From: Candidatus Iainarchaeum sp.
GTDB taxonomy: Archaea > Iainarchaeota > Iainarchaeia > Iainarchaeales > VGJJ01
DNA length: 46,339 nt
Assembly (NCBI GenBank): GCA_043803765.1
Contig: JAZDJQ010000013.1
Coordinates: 1 to 46,339, forward strand
Direction: 5' to 3'
The notes below the pieces were generated by a model. That model ran no database searches. It had not been told where the DNA came from and saw only the letters and a list, made by a program, of their open reading frames with translations. Positions 1-9,958 of the stretch are shown here, piece by piece. A program made the position numbers and the translations under genes. The number at the start of each line of letters is the position of its first letter. Position 1 is the first letter of the stretch.

Positions 1-1
1 A

Positions 2-658
2 GAAAACCTCTTTGGTATTATTGGAAAAGCAGAGCGAAAGAAAATTCCCGACTTCACCTTTTTTGCAAGCAATGAATTTAGTAAGGGGTTAATCGAAGGA
101 CTATTTGCTGGCGATGCTGGCCCGAGCCCGCGTGCGATTGAATACTCAACAAAAAGCTATCCGTTAGCGCTGCAAATTGCAATGTTGCTTACAAAGTATA
201 ATATCCACACAAACATTTATCCTCAAAGAGTTAAAGGATATCCAGACACTTATTGGCGCGTGGTAATAATGGCTGGAGAAAACGTCGGAAGATTTCATGC
301 TGTCTCACCATCAACAAAGCCAAATGTAGAAAATAAGATTCAGGATCTGATTAATGCGGCCAACAAGAGGGAAGATTTCTTTGATACGATTCCTATTAGC
401 GATTTTGCCAAAATCTATCCAAATTCAAAAAATAATGCTGTCTATATGCAGTTCTATCGAAATAGTAGAGTAAATAAATCCAGCATAATGCAATATGCGC
501 GTAATACCGCCGATTCAAATTTGGAAAATCTAGTTAGTTATAATTGTGCATATTTAGAAGTGACTGATTTGCAAGCGTTATCGGCTCCTGCATTCGTATA
601 TAACATCCAAACGGAAGATGGAAATTATTTCACTGGAAATGGAATCTTGGTAAAAAAC
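2..658 (+). mobile_element. Intein 1 with LAGLIDADG homing endonuclease (C-terminal part only)
   Basis: Translation from nt 2 gives block E GLIEGLFAGDAG, block H STKSYPLALQIAMLL, block F VYNIQTEDGNYF and end GILVKN followed by extein Cys (659-661). Confidence 0.88.
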
Positions 659-3600
659 TGTAATTCGCTATTAATTCATAAGGCAGATTGGTTGAAGAAT
701 ATCGGAACACTTATCATCGATGAAGTCCACGAGTTGGACTCGGATCGTGGGGCAACATTGGAAATGGTGATTACTAAACTCCGTATTCTCAACCCTAAAA
801 TCCAAATCGTTGCGCTCAGTGCCACCGTTCCCAATGCGGATGAATTGGCGGTTTGGCTGAACGCGAAACTCATCGAATCGGATTATCGTCCTGTGCCATT
901 GAAGGAGGGGGTGTATTACGATCAACAGATAGTATTCAAAGGAGAAGGGAAAGAAATTGATTTTCCGGGGGATGACCCGATTCATTCCTTTATTTCCGAC
1001 ACGGTGAAACAAAAAAAACAAGTGTTAGTATTTGCTAATACGCGAAAGCGAGCTGAAAGTTTAGCCGCACAATCAAGCAATACTATTTTTACATTGCTTT
1101 CTTCGGATGAAAAAAAAGAATTGGCAAAAATTTCTGGAAAAATCGAACAGGCATTGGAAACACCCACTGAACAATGCAAAAAGCTCGCTTATTTAGTGAA
1201 AAATGGTTCTGCGTTTCATCATGCAGGCCTTGTGCAAAAACAGCGCGAGGTTGTGGAGGATAATTTTCGTTCAGGTTTGATCAAAGTCATCGCGTCCACG
1301 CCTACTTTAGCGGCAGGAATCAATCTTCCCGCGCACCGCGTGATTATTACCTCGCTTTCGCGCTATGATTTCGGCGGAATGGTCCGCATTCCTATTCGTG
1401 AATACAAGCAAATGTGCCTCCCATATAATTCTAAAATCGTAACAAAAGAATTTGGAGAAGTAGAAATAGGCAAAATCGTAAGCAAAAAAACGAACTGTAA
1501 TGTACTTTCTTGGAACGAAGGAAAAAGTAAACTTGAGTTTAAACCAATTACTCAATTTTTTCAGAATAAAACAAATGAATTGATTGAATTCAAAACTGCA
1601 CAAGGAACATTTCTTAAGTTGACGGAAGAGCATCCGGTACTAACAAAAAATGGAGATGATATCTCTTGGAAAAAGACTGGAGAACTTCAAGAGGGAAATA
1701 CTTTGGCTTACGTAAAAAACGTTCAAAATGATAGAAAGGAAGTTTATTTTCTTGATTTGCTCCCTCGAAATGGAACTGTCTATGTAAAGGGGATCGGAAA
1801 CTTAATCGATAAAGCAAAAAAGAAATTGAAAATTACTGATAAAGGCCTTTCAAAAATTATTGGAGAACAAAAAAAGAACATTTACCATTTACGAAGAAAT
1901 AGAAAAGCAATGAAATTGGAAGTTGCATTAAAACTCTGCACTATACTCAACTATAGCAAAAAAAAGAAAATTGAAATAATAAAAAATGTAAAAACGACAT
2001 ATGGAAACGTAATAACTCTGCCGAAAACTGTTGATAAAGAATTTCTTTGGCTTGCGGGCTTTATTGCGACTGACGGAAATCTCAATCGCTCTAAAGATAA
2101 ACGAACTGGAAGCACATATTCCAAAATAAGAGCTTTTAATATCAACCCAACATTAATCAAAAGAGTAGAGGTCATCGCAAGGAAGCTTGGTCTAAATCCT
2201 TGCATAAATACAAGGGAGGACGGACTGATAACGTTAGAAGCGGGGGCTACGTTATTGTGTGATCTACTCAAGACCCATTTTGGAATAAATTATGGTAATA
2301 AAACGCAAACTGTGAAAATTCCGGAGTTTCTTCTCAATTCCTCAAAGGAAAACATAGGCGCATTTTTGGGTGGCGCATTTGATGGCGATGGAAACTATAG
2401 TGAATCCACTCAAAAGTACGGTTCAAGAGTTCTCCGAGTTCTTTTTGGAGGTAGTTCAAAGGAATTTGCAAAAGGCATTCAAAAATTACTGCTTCGCTTA
2501 AGCATCGTCGCCACTCTCTCTGAAGATCGCAAGCATTTCAACACTGTTTTGAAAGGAAAAAATGTGACGTTCAAAAAGCCAAAATATTATGTTACATTTA
2601 GGAAAATAGAGTATATTCAACAATTTCAAAAATACGCAATCGTTCACAAAACAAAAATAAACGTAAAGTATTCCAAATATCACAATATTCAGGATTTTCA
2701 CGACAAACGAGACGAAGAATTAGTCTTTACCAAAATTGTAAGAAAGAAAGTGATCAAAAAAAGGAATCTTCGGGTTTACAACATCCAAGTAAAGGGAAAT
2801 GAAAACTATGTTGCAGATAATTGCTTGGTTCATAACTGTGGTCGTGCCGGTCGCCCAAAATATGACAAGTCGGGCGAGTCTATTATCCTTTGTAAAACCT
2901 CCATGGACGCGGAAGACGCCATGCGGAACTATGTTTTAGGCGAAATGGAAAACATTTCTTCTAAGTTAGGGGTTGAACCCATTCTCCGCATGCACTTATT
3001 GTCACTCATCGCAGCGCGATTCGTATTTGACTTGGATTCCATGGACGATTTCTTTGCGCGTACGCTTTACGCACATCAATACAAGGACATGGACAACATC
3101 AAACGCATGCTCCGTGCGCTAGTGAAAGAACTAGGCGAGTTGGAATTCGTCGAAGGCGAAGGAAATCGCTTTTGGTGCACCAAAATAGGACAACGCGTAG
3201 CCGAATTATACTTGGACCCATTGTCTGCGTATTCCATGATACAAAAATTGAAAAAGAAAAGTGTATCGGATATGGGGTTGATTTATGCCATGGTGGATAC
3301 GACTGAATTTCGTCCGTATGTGCGTGTTTCGGCGAAGCAGGAAGCAGAAAAATGGGAAGAATTGCAAGCGAATTGGGAGAAGCTCCCGATTGAAGACCAA
3401 AACGTGTTGTTTTCCGACCAAGAAATTTTGGAAAAGTGGCAGACGGTATTGTTTTTGGACGAGTGGATGAATGAAGTAAACGAACAGCAATTATTGGAAA
3501 AATTCGGCATGGCCCCCGGAGTGATACGTACTAAACTTGTGAATGCGGACTGGTTGTTATATGGAATGAGTGAACTTTCCCCCCTGGTGGGAATGCAGGA

Positions 3601-3892
3601 AAAAGTTGGGAGGATTGCCAAGCTTCGCAAGCGGATGAGAAGCGGGATTAAGGAAGAACTAGTATTGTTGTGCGAATTGAGAGGAATAGGAAGAGTGCGT
3701 GCCAGGAAATTGTTCAACGTTGGAATAAAGAATGTGGGGGATGTAAAAAATACGAGTGTTGAAAATCTTTCTAAAGTTATTGGAACGCGGACCGCGATGA
3801 GCGTAAAGAAACAATTAGGGGAGGATTTTGAAAAGGGATTGGAAAAAAAGATTGAATCAAATTTAAAGAAACAAAAAACGTTGTTCGATTAA
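2..3892 (+). CDS. hel308: Ski2-like DNA helicase Hel308/Hjm precursor with two inteins (5'-partial)
   Basis: Frame is open from nt 2. Extein motifs IIDEVH, LSAT, AFHHAGL, TPTLAAGINLPA, QM/CGRAGRP and C-terminal HhH (LRGIGRVRARKLF). Confidence 0.95.
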   Translation, partial: ENLFGIIGKAERKKIPDFTFFASNEFSKGLIEGLFAGDAGPSPRAIEYSTKSYPLALQIAMLLTKYNIHTNIYPQRVKGYPDTYWRVVIMAGENVGRFHAVSPSTKPNVENKIQDLINAANKREDFFDTIPISDFAKIYPNSKNNAVYMQFYRNSRVNKSSIMQYARNTADSNLENLVSYNCAYLEVTDLQALSAPAFVYNIQTEDGNYFTGNGILVKNCNSLLIHKADWLKNIGTLIIDEVHELDSDRGATLEMVITKLRILNPKIQIVALSATVPNADELAVWLNAKLIESDYRPVPLKEGVYYDQQIVFKGEGKEIDFPGDDPIHSFISDTVKQKKQVLVFANTRKRAESLAAQSSNTIFTLLSSDEKKELAKISGKIEQALETPTEQCKKLAYLVKNGSAFHHAGLVQKQREVVEDNFRSGLIKVIASTPTLAAGINLPAHRVIITSLSRYDFGGMVRIPIREYKQMCLPYNSKIVTKEFGEVEIGKIVSKKTNCNVLSWNEGKSKLEFKPITQFFQNKTNELIEFKTAQGTFLKLTEEHPVLTKNGDDISWKKTGELQEGNTLAYVKNVQNDRKEVYFLDLLPRNGTVYVKGIGNLIDKAKKKLKITDKGLSKIIGEQKKNIYHLRRNRKAMKLEVALKLCTILNYSKKKKIEIIKNVKTTYGNVITLPKTVDKEFLWLAGFIATDGNLNRSKDKRTGSTYSKIRAFNINPTLIKRVEVIARKLGLNPCINTREDGLITLEAGATLLCDLLKTHFGINYGNKTQTVKIPEFLLNSSKENIGAFLGGAFDGDGNYSESTQKYGSRVLRVLFGGSSKEFAKGIQKLLLRLSIVATLSEDRKHFNTVLKGKNVTFKKPKYYVTFRKIEYIQQFQKYAIVHKTKINVKYSKYHNIQDFHDKRDEELVFTKIVRKKVIKKRNLRVYNIQVKGNENYVADNCLVHNCGRAGRPKYDKSGESIILCKTSMDAEDAMRNYVLGEMENISSKLGVEPILRMHLLSLIAARFVFDLDSMDDFFARTLYAHQYKDMDNIKRMLRALVKELGELEFVEGEGNRFWCTKIGQRVAELYLDPLSAYSMIQKLKKKSVSDMGLIYAMVDTTEFRPYVRVSAKQEAEKWEELQANWEKLPIEDQNVLFSDQEILEKWQTVLFLDEWMNEVNEQQLLEKFGMAPGVIRTKLVNADWLLYGMSELSPLVGMQEKVGRIAKLRKRMRSGIKEELVLLCELRGIGRVRARKLFNVGIKNVGDVKNTSVENLSKVIGTRTAMSVKKQLGEDFEKGLEKKIESNLKKQKTLFD
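1415..2836 (+). mobile_element. Intein 2 (474 aa) with LAGLIDADG endonuclease in helicase motif VI
   Basis: Starts CLPYNS, block B LTEEHPV, LAGFIATDG and FLGGAFDGDG, ends LVHN|C. Removal restores QMCGRAGRP. Confidence 0.95.
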
Positions 3893-3902
3893 GTGAATGA
3901 TT

Positions 3903-5126
3903 TCACCCCGCGAATTCTTTCTCTAATACATCCTTAATCTTGTTCGCGTCCACTTTCAGTTTGATGAATCGCGTCTGCCCTTTTACTCCCGGCCCTGAAG
4001 CGGTGGTAACAATCATTCCGTACATTTCGAGTTGGTTGATGTATTCCCTATACCATCGTGCGGAGACGGGTCCTGCTACTGCGTTTATTTTTTTGGCTAC
4101 TCGTTCATATTCTTCATATACTTCCCCGCTGAATAATTGTCCTTCTACTATTTCTCCGCTTAATCGTTGAATGGGTTTCTTGGTGAGGGACATGCATGCA
4201 AGAGTATACAATACTAGTTTCTCTTGTTCTGGAAGAACTTGGATGTGTTCTAGGATAATTTCCTGTTCAACGGATGTGCGTGCTCGTTTCACGTGAGTAT
4301 CGGTTACCACGTTTGCTTTTTCTTCATCGGCCAGCTCTCCTGCTCGTAGTAAAAGTTTGATTGCCGTGCGTGCGTCCCCGCTTTCCTGTGCTGCGAGAGC
4401 GGATGCCAAACTGATTGCTCCTCCTTCTACTCCGTTGGTGATGAATGCTTCCTGTACCCGTTGTTCTAGGATGGTGTGGAGTTGGTTGGCATTGTAGGGG
4501 GCAAATACCATTTCTTGTTGGCATAAGGATGATTTGGTTCGTGGGTCGAGGGCGTCTTTGAATAGGAGATTGTTGGAAATTCCGATAACGGATATTCCTC
4601 CTTTTGGCAATTCGTCATTGCTTCGTGTGAGGGAATAGATGAGCTCGTCTAAATCTCTTACTTTGTCTAATTCATCCAATATGAGTAGCAAATGGGTTTC
4701 GGTTTCTCGAACAAAGGAAACGAGTTTCTCGTACAAATATGCTGCCGAATACCCTTGAAATGCTTTATCGGGTTGATCGGGGTAGAGTTCTCGCAGGGAT
4801 TTGAGTAAAACCTTGTATTTCTTGTTGTGTGTTCTGCAATTGATGTACACGTGTCTTACTTTCAACTCTTTTTGTTTGGCAAATGAGCATAATTCTGCCA
4901 TCACGTGTCGTGTCGTGCTTGTTTTCCCTGTTCCGGGCTTTCCGTAGATGAATAAGTTGTCCGGTCGCTGTCCTCGTAGTGTTACAGCAACTGCATTCGA
5001 AATGAACTTAGTCTGTTCTTCTCTAAAAGGGAGGTTTTGAGGAGTATAATGAGGCATGATCTTGTTTCGGTCCAAGAAAACGCTTGGTTTGGTGAATTCG
5101 GCTTCAAAAATATTCTGTAATGACAT
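3903..5126 (-). CDS. cdc6: Orc1/Cdc6 replication initiator
   Basis: Walker A GKPGTGKT, YINC, Walker B ILDELD, F.PY, GDAR and C-terminal winged helix. Start placed at MSLQNIFE (5126). Confidence 0.95.
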   Translation of the reverse strand: MSLQNIFEAEFTKPSVFLDRNKIMPHYTPQNLPFREEQTKFISNAVAVTLRGQRPDNLFIYGKPGTGKTSTTRHVMAELCSFAKQKELKVRHVYINCRTHNKKYKVLLKSLRELYPDQPDKAFQGYSAAYLYEKLVSFVRETETHLLLILDELDKVRDLDELIYSLTRSNDELPKGGISVIGISNNLLFKDALDPRTKSSLCQQEMVFAPYNANQLHTILEQRVQEAFITNGVEGGAISLASALAAQESGDARTAIKLLLRAGELADEEKANVVTDTHVKRARTSVEQEIILEHIQVLPEQEKLVLYTLACMSLTKKPIQRLSGEIVEGQLFSGEVYEEYERVAKKINAVAGPVSARWYREYINQLEMYGMIVTTASGPGVKGQTRFIKLKVDANKIKDVLEKEFAG

Positions 5127-5264
5127 GACGCAACCCATTCTTCTTACATACTCGAATACCCATTTTAAGGTTCCGTGTTTGGAATTCAAGCACACCTTTA
5201 ATAAGGTCAAATGAGGTAGATAGAAAACAGCCTTTTTTGGCCTGAATGAAAAGGGGGAAGATGA

Positions 5265-5630
5265 ATGGGCTTCTTAGATCGAGTTTTTACAAGCCAGACG
5301 GACCAGGTAGATGTAGAGGAATTTCTGAATAATATGGATGTGGAGGAAGAATCGGTGTATGAGGACGCGGATGCGTACGTTAAACCGATGACTCTTCGCG
5401 GTGGAGAAGACCTGTCTTCCGTGGAACATGAATTGAAGGAGGGCAACCTTGTATTATTGAATATTGAGGATGCTCAGAAACGCAATCCTAAGGGAGTGCG
5501 TGATGCCGTAGTCTCCATAAAGGACTTGGTTTCCCGCATTGATGGGGATATTGCAGGCATTGCAGCGGGTAGGATTTTGATTACTCCTGCGCGTGTTAAG
5601 ATTATGAAGCGAAAAGTCCCTCAACAATAG
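5265..5630 (+). CDS. sepF: Cell division protein SepF (archaeal, DUF552)
   Basis: N-terminal amphipathic MGFLDRVF, acidic linker, ELKEGNLVLLNI...GDIAGI...ILITP core. Confidence 0.85.
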   Translation: MGFLDRVFTSQTDQVDVEEFLNNMDVEEESVYEDADAYVKPMTLRGGEDLSSVEHELKEGNLVLLNIEDAQKRNPKGVRDAVVSIKDLVSRIDGDIAGIAAGRILITPARVKIMKRKVPQQ

Positions 5631-5637
5631 GGGGGGC

Positions 5638-5654
5638 TTTTTCTTTCTTTTTTT
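5638..5654 (+). terminator. T-rich archaeal terminator after sepF
   Basis: Near-pure T tract directly after the stop codon. Confidence 0.4.
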
Positions 5655-5702
5655 CCAATACCTTTTTCTATTCTGCTCGTTCTCTAGTTATTGGTTTAAC
5701 GT

Positions 5703-6470
5703 ATGACGTCGCATGAAATTCCTCATCTTCCTATCAAGGTCAAGTTAGATGAAGCCAGGGAAATCATTCAGGGGGAATTAGATGCGAATGAGTGGGTCGA
5801 GGTAGAGATTCCTACTCCTTCGCTTGAAATGAAGCCGTTCTTTTTTTTTCATTTTGATACGTTTGTTGAAGTGGAGGCAGAAGGAAGCAAAAGTAAGAAT
5901 GTGGATGAAACCACGCAGGGAATTTCGTCTCTTAATGCCGTATCGAATGAGTTGGATGAAGTGGTTGCGGAGCTTGTTTCTCCTGAGAATATTCAATCCA
6001 AACTAAAAAGTCCCGTGAGTGTATCCGTTTCTATTGCGGAGCCTCGTTTTTTATTGGATGAAGCGAAAGTGGCAGCGCAGATTAAGATTGCGGCGCAGGA
6101 AAAGGTTCCTAAGAGCAATGTTCAGATTTCTGGAATGCGTTTAGTATACGTTCCGTTTTGGGTATATGGGATTAAATTGGAAGAAGACACGGAAGTAAAA
6201 CTGTGGATGAACGCTGTTTCGGGAGAATTTGTTGGGGATGATTCGGGTGTTCCTTACCGCGGAAAGACAAGGACGCAGGTATTAAAGGAAACCATTACTG
6301 GGCTTCAATCAGCAAGTGGTTGGATTGAAAACTTGCAGGATTTTTTTGGACAGTTTTTGTTGGTTTTTCAGCCCAATCGTGAGCACCCTAATAGGTGGTT
6401 GTATATTGCCATTCTTGTTTTGATTGCTATAGTATTGTTAGGAATAGGCTTTATTCGTCTCCCCGTTTAA
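5703..6470 (+). CDS. Hypothetical protein with C-terminal TM anchor and duplicated (Y)xPFW-type domain
   Basis: MKPFFFF...LNAVS and VYVPFWVY...MNAVSG are internal repeats; hydrophobic C-terminus. Confidence 0.75.
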   Translation: MTSHEIPHLPIKVKLDEAREIIQGELDANEWVEVEIPTPSLEMKPFFFFHFDTFVEVEAEGSKSKNVDETTQGISSLNAVSNELDEVVAELVSPENIQSKLKSPVSVSVSIAEPRFLLDEAKVAAQIKIAAQEKVPKSNVQISGMRLVYVPFWVYGIKLEEDTEVKLWMNAVSGEFVGDDSGVPYRGKTRTQVLKETITGLQSASGWIENLQDFFGQFLLVFQPNREHPNRWLYIAILVLIAIVLLGIGFIRLPV

Positions 6471-6502
6471 TTAGAACGTTGTAGCTGCTATTTCAAAAAC
6501 GA

Positions 6503-9500
6503 TTAAGCGAACTCAAATAGGCTTTTTTGTGTTTGTTTTTCAGGTGGAAAGACGGCATTTATTTCTGTTTCGGCGAGCTGGATGCGTTGTTTGAGGTAAT
6601 CGGACAAATTGTAGGAGTAGATCATCTCTTTTGCAATAGCGAGGTATTTTCTTACGCTTCCTTGAGCAATGGTAAGAATGACATTTCCTCCATCACACTT
6701 AATACAACTCCCCTTGAGTGGGATGCGTCGGTATTTTGCATTGCATTTGGTGCAGCGGAATGTTTGTCGGGAGAATGCGCGGGTGTTTCCAATAATATCA
6801 GGAAAGAGGTGCGAAACGATGACTCGTTCTAATGAGTCTTGGAATTGTAATGGGACAAGCTTGCTTTGCAGTCGTGCTTGTGCATGGAGTTTTTCTTCCA
6901 TTGATTGTAATTTGGTGTAAGTGCTTTGTGTGGGTCCTCGGTCGAATTGGGATGTTGTGTGGGAATAATTGAGTTGGATGTATTGGTTTTCTTTTCCTAG
7001 TTTTTTCTTCACTACGGGAACTTCGTCTATTTTGGGTTCGCTGAATGTGAGTGTTTTTTCATAGAATGAAATAGGATAAGTGGAACATGTCTCCATTTCG
7101 TGCACTTCGTCGTCTATTTCTTGTGGGTTTAGTGCTACGGTGAATACGAGCGGGGCATCCATTCTTCCTCCTCGTGATTTGCTTAGAAACGTGTGGGAAA
7201 AGTTAAGTAATGCGTCCATGAGTAGCATGACGGAATCCTGGTCTCCATCAATGTTGCGTCGCTTGCACATTACAAAGTAGGGATGCCCCCACCCTAGTCG
7301 TGTTTTGGAATATCCGATTACGCGTCCTACGATTCCGGCACTTGTATGGGGGGCTAATCCAATAACGAGTTTTCCAATCATGTCATTTCTATTTTTAGCG
7401 TTGTAATAGGAATCAAGTTTGTAGAATTTAGTAAGTAAATCGTCTACAAAATGGGACGAGCGAAGAAGCCAGTCCCCGCACCCTTCGTTTACAATAATGT
7501 CCTGTACGAACATTTCGAGCATTTGGTTATCCTGTTCAAGCGGGTTTCCTTTTACGTCATGGGTATACCCTAATTCGATTGCTTTTTCCACGCTCATTCC
7601 TATTTCTTTTGGATAGAAATGGGTGATCGGCGCATTGAGTAATTCAAATCGTCCTGTTCCATCTCGGAATACGTGTAAGTCGTGCTTTGCCCGCAGTATC
7701 CCTTTCTCGATTGGTTCTGGTTTTTTTTCATCGGATATGAGTCCTTTTACTCCTTTTACTGGATCGGGAATGCGTTCGATTAGATTTTTTGCTGCCATTT
7801 CCATTTCTTGTCGTAAGTCGATAGTGGTCTCGATTCCTTGTTTGGCGGGCAGCCCGCATCGGGTACATTTGGGTTGTTTGCTTATTGTCGCACACGAAGA
7901 ATTAGTGCACGTGTAGATGGGTTGTGCTACTTTTTGGCAGTGAATGCAGAATCGTCGTGCGTTCAAGTTTTGGCAGGATGGACATTCGAATAGTCCTATT
8001 TCTACGTTTATTTTTCCGTTTGTTTCGCGTCGTGTTTTTCCTTTTACTATGCTTAGTCCTGCTGCTTTGTTCATGCTGCGGGTGTTTCCTCCTGCCAGGC
8101 TGATGGGGAATAATACATGCGGGTTTCCTTTCATGGTGCGGGGGGATGCTGCCTCAGGTCTTCCCATGCGTCCTCCTGCGAATGTCCCTGCACGGTCTTT
8201 GATTTCAATTCCGGCAGCCCGTGAGAGCAAGGAAAGAGCCGTATCCTCTTCGTGAATAGGTTCAACATTGTTTCGCGTGAATAAACGTAGTGCGGCAGTC
8301 GTTTCTTCGTCTAGGTGGATTCTATTCTCGTCTTTTCGGTGGGGGATTCCTGCTTTTTCGAATAGTTTGGCGTATCCTTTTTCTCTTGGAAAATGGAGAA
8401 GGCCTAATCCTAATAGGGCGTCATTTGTCTCCTTAATTGCATCAATCACTTTTTTTGTTTCTTCGATATTCCATCCTTTGTAAAACCATGTGTAATGCGG
8501 GTGTAGAGGAATGTGTAAGTCTTCAGATAATTGTAATGCGGTGGTGAATGAAATAGTGGAATATGGATTTTCTAGCAGGGTAGTAATGTCAATGTTTGTC
8601 TTTTTTCCTTCTTCTATTGCTTTGGCTGCGAGTTGTACCCACCATTCTGGAACAAATGGACTGGGCGTGAGGGGATGGGCTGCTTTTCTGTAATCTCCCA
8701 CTGTTACTAACAGGTCTCCTACAAAGAGTATTTTTTCTAGGAGTGGACGTGCGAGTTGGGCTTCTTCAATCGTGTTGATTTGTTTTACCGTACCATCCTT
8801 GAGTCGGATGGTAGGTCCGTCAATTGTTTCTACTGGGAATAGTTGGGCTGCTTTTCCCGGCCGTTCGATTCGTACGTGTGTTCCTACTGCAATAAATTCG
8901 TCTAGTAAATACATGAGTGCGGGGTTGATTCCTTTTCCTGCGCAACCGGTGTTGCGGCTCCTTCCGTATCGTAAGCGGAATCCTCCCCATTCGGAAGGGT
9001 AGGCGATGAGGGGTCTTCCTGCTGCTACTCCTTCTAAATATTTCCAGTTGGGTTTGAGTTCAATTACTTGGTCGGCTTTTTTTTCTACTTTGATTATTTT
9101 TTCTAGAAAGCTCCAGTCTAATCCGAGCTTTTTGGTCCAAGACATTACTTTTAATGCTTTCAATCCTAGTCCTTCCGTTACAACTAATCCCATTCCTCCT
9201 CGTATGCGGTTGCTTGGAACACGGGGGAGGTTTCTCCATACGGTTACTTCTAAGTCCTCGGTTGGAATGCCATTGATGCAGACGGGGCATCCTTTTGCAA
9301 TAATACGCAGTTCGTCGAGCGTCATCTTGATTTGGCGTGATACGACATCGGTTTGGTAGATGTTTACTTCTTCGGCATAGCGTTCTATTTCATCATGCGT
9401 TGGATTGTATCTTCCTAGTTGTAATAAGTGTTGAGCGTAATCCCCTAGAATAAGAGGCAGTACGGCTGCGCTTGCTCCTGCCGCGCGGATGGGTCCTGCG

Positions 9501-9958
9501 AAGTAAATGTCCACGTATTTTGTTCCGTCTTCATTCGTGCCTAGTTTTACATAAGGTAGTCCGTCGAGTGGGGCAACAACGACTCCTTCTGTCATGATAA
9601 CAAGGCATGTTTTGACTCCTTGTTCGATTCGTTTTTCTATATCTGGATTAGCGTACCATCCTCCTTCTTCTAGAATGATTTCCTTAAACAATTGGAATAG
9701 GGCATTCATTCTGTCTCCTTTGTTTTCCTCTAACACGTTACGAAAACGTTCGGCTACACCGATGGGTCCGGCAAGTTTCTCGGTTCGGTCTGCCAAGTCG
9801 GTCACGGGGATGCATTCGACTTCGTGATGGACATCGAATCCGGTGTGGCGTGCTTTTTGGGCGAGTTCAAATTGTTCATTCACTCCTTTTACGAGCGTAT
9901 CAAAATAACTTCGTGTATGCGGGTCTGCTCGTATGCCGGGGAGCATATGAATAGTCAT
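6503..9958 (-). CDS. polC: DNA polymerase D large subunit DP2
   Basis: GPIRAAG, GGFRLRYGRSR, RMGRPE, Zn-finger clusters, catalytic RRNxDGD, GGRMDAPL, FSRQTFRC. Confidence 0.97.
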   Translation of the reverse strand: MTIHMLPGIRADPHTRSYFDTLVKGVNEQFELAQKARHTGFDVHHEVECIPVTDLADRTEKLAGPIGVAERFRNVLEENKGDRMNALFQLFKEIILEEGGWYANPDIEKRIEQGVKTCLVIMTEGVVVAPLDGLPYVKLGTNEDGTKYVDIYFAGPIRAAGASAAVLPLILGDYAQHLLQLGRYNPTHDEIERYAEEVNIYQTDVVSRQIKMTLDELRIIAKGCPVCINGIPTEDLEVTVWRNLPRVPSNRIRGGMGLVVTEGLGLKALKVMSWTKKLGLDWSFLEKIIKVEKKADQVIELKPNWKYLEGVAAGRPLIAYPSEWGGFRLRYGRSRNTGCAGKGINPALMYLLDEFIAVGTHVRIERPGKAAQLFPVETIDGPTIRLKDGTVKQINTIEEAQLARPLLEKILFVGDLLVTVGDYRKAAHPLTPSPFVPEWWVQLAAKAIEEGKKTNIDITTLLENPYSTISFTTALQLSEDLHIPLHPHYTWFYKGWNIEETKKVIDAIKETNDALLGLGLLHFPREKGYAKLFEKAGIPHRKDENRIHLDEETTAALRLFTRNNVEPIHEEDTALSLLSRAAGIEIKDRAGTFAGGRMGRPEAASPRTMKGNPHVLFPISLAGGNTRSMNKAAGLSIVKGKTRRETNGKINVEIGLFECPSCQNLNARRFCIHCQKVAQPIYTCTNSSCATISKQPKCTRCGLPAKQGIETTIDLRQEMEMAAKNLIERIPDPVKGVKGLISDEKKPEPIEKGILRAKHDLHVFRDGTGRFELLNAPITHFYPKEIGMSVEKAIELGYTHDVKGNPLEQDNQMLEMFVQDIIVNEGCGDWLLRSSHFVDDLLTKFYKLDSYYNAKNRNDMIGKLVIGLAPHTSAGIVGRVIGYSKTRLGWGHPYFVMCKRRNIDGDQDSVMLLMDALLNFSHTFLSKSRGGRMDAPLVFTVALNPQEIDDEVHEMETCSTYPISFYEKTLTFSEPKIDEVPVVKKKLGKENQYIQLNYSHTTSQFDRGPTQSTYTKLQSMEEKLHAQARLQSKLVPLQFQDSLERVIVSHLFPDIIGNTRAFSRQTFRCTKCNAKYRRIPLKGSCIKCDGGNVILTIAQGSVRKYLAIAKEMIYSYNLSDYLKQRIQLAETEINAVFPPEKQTQKSLFEFA

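Noticed and set aside
5127-5264. Replication origin upstream of cdc6
   Set aside because: Only weak ORB-like pieces (TTCC...GGAA; GAAAAGGGGG), not repeated, and no clear AT-rich unwinding element in a 138-bp gap.
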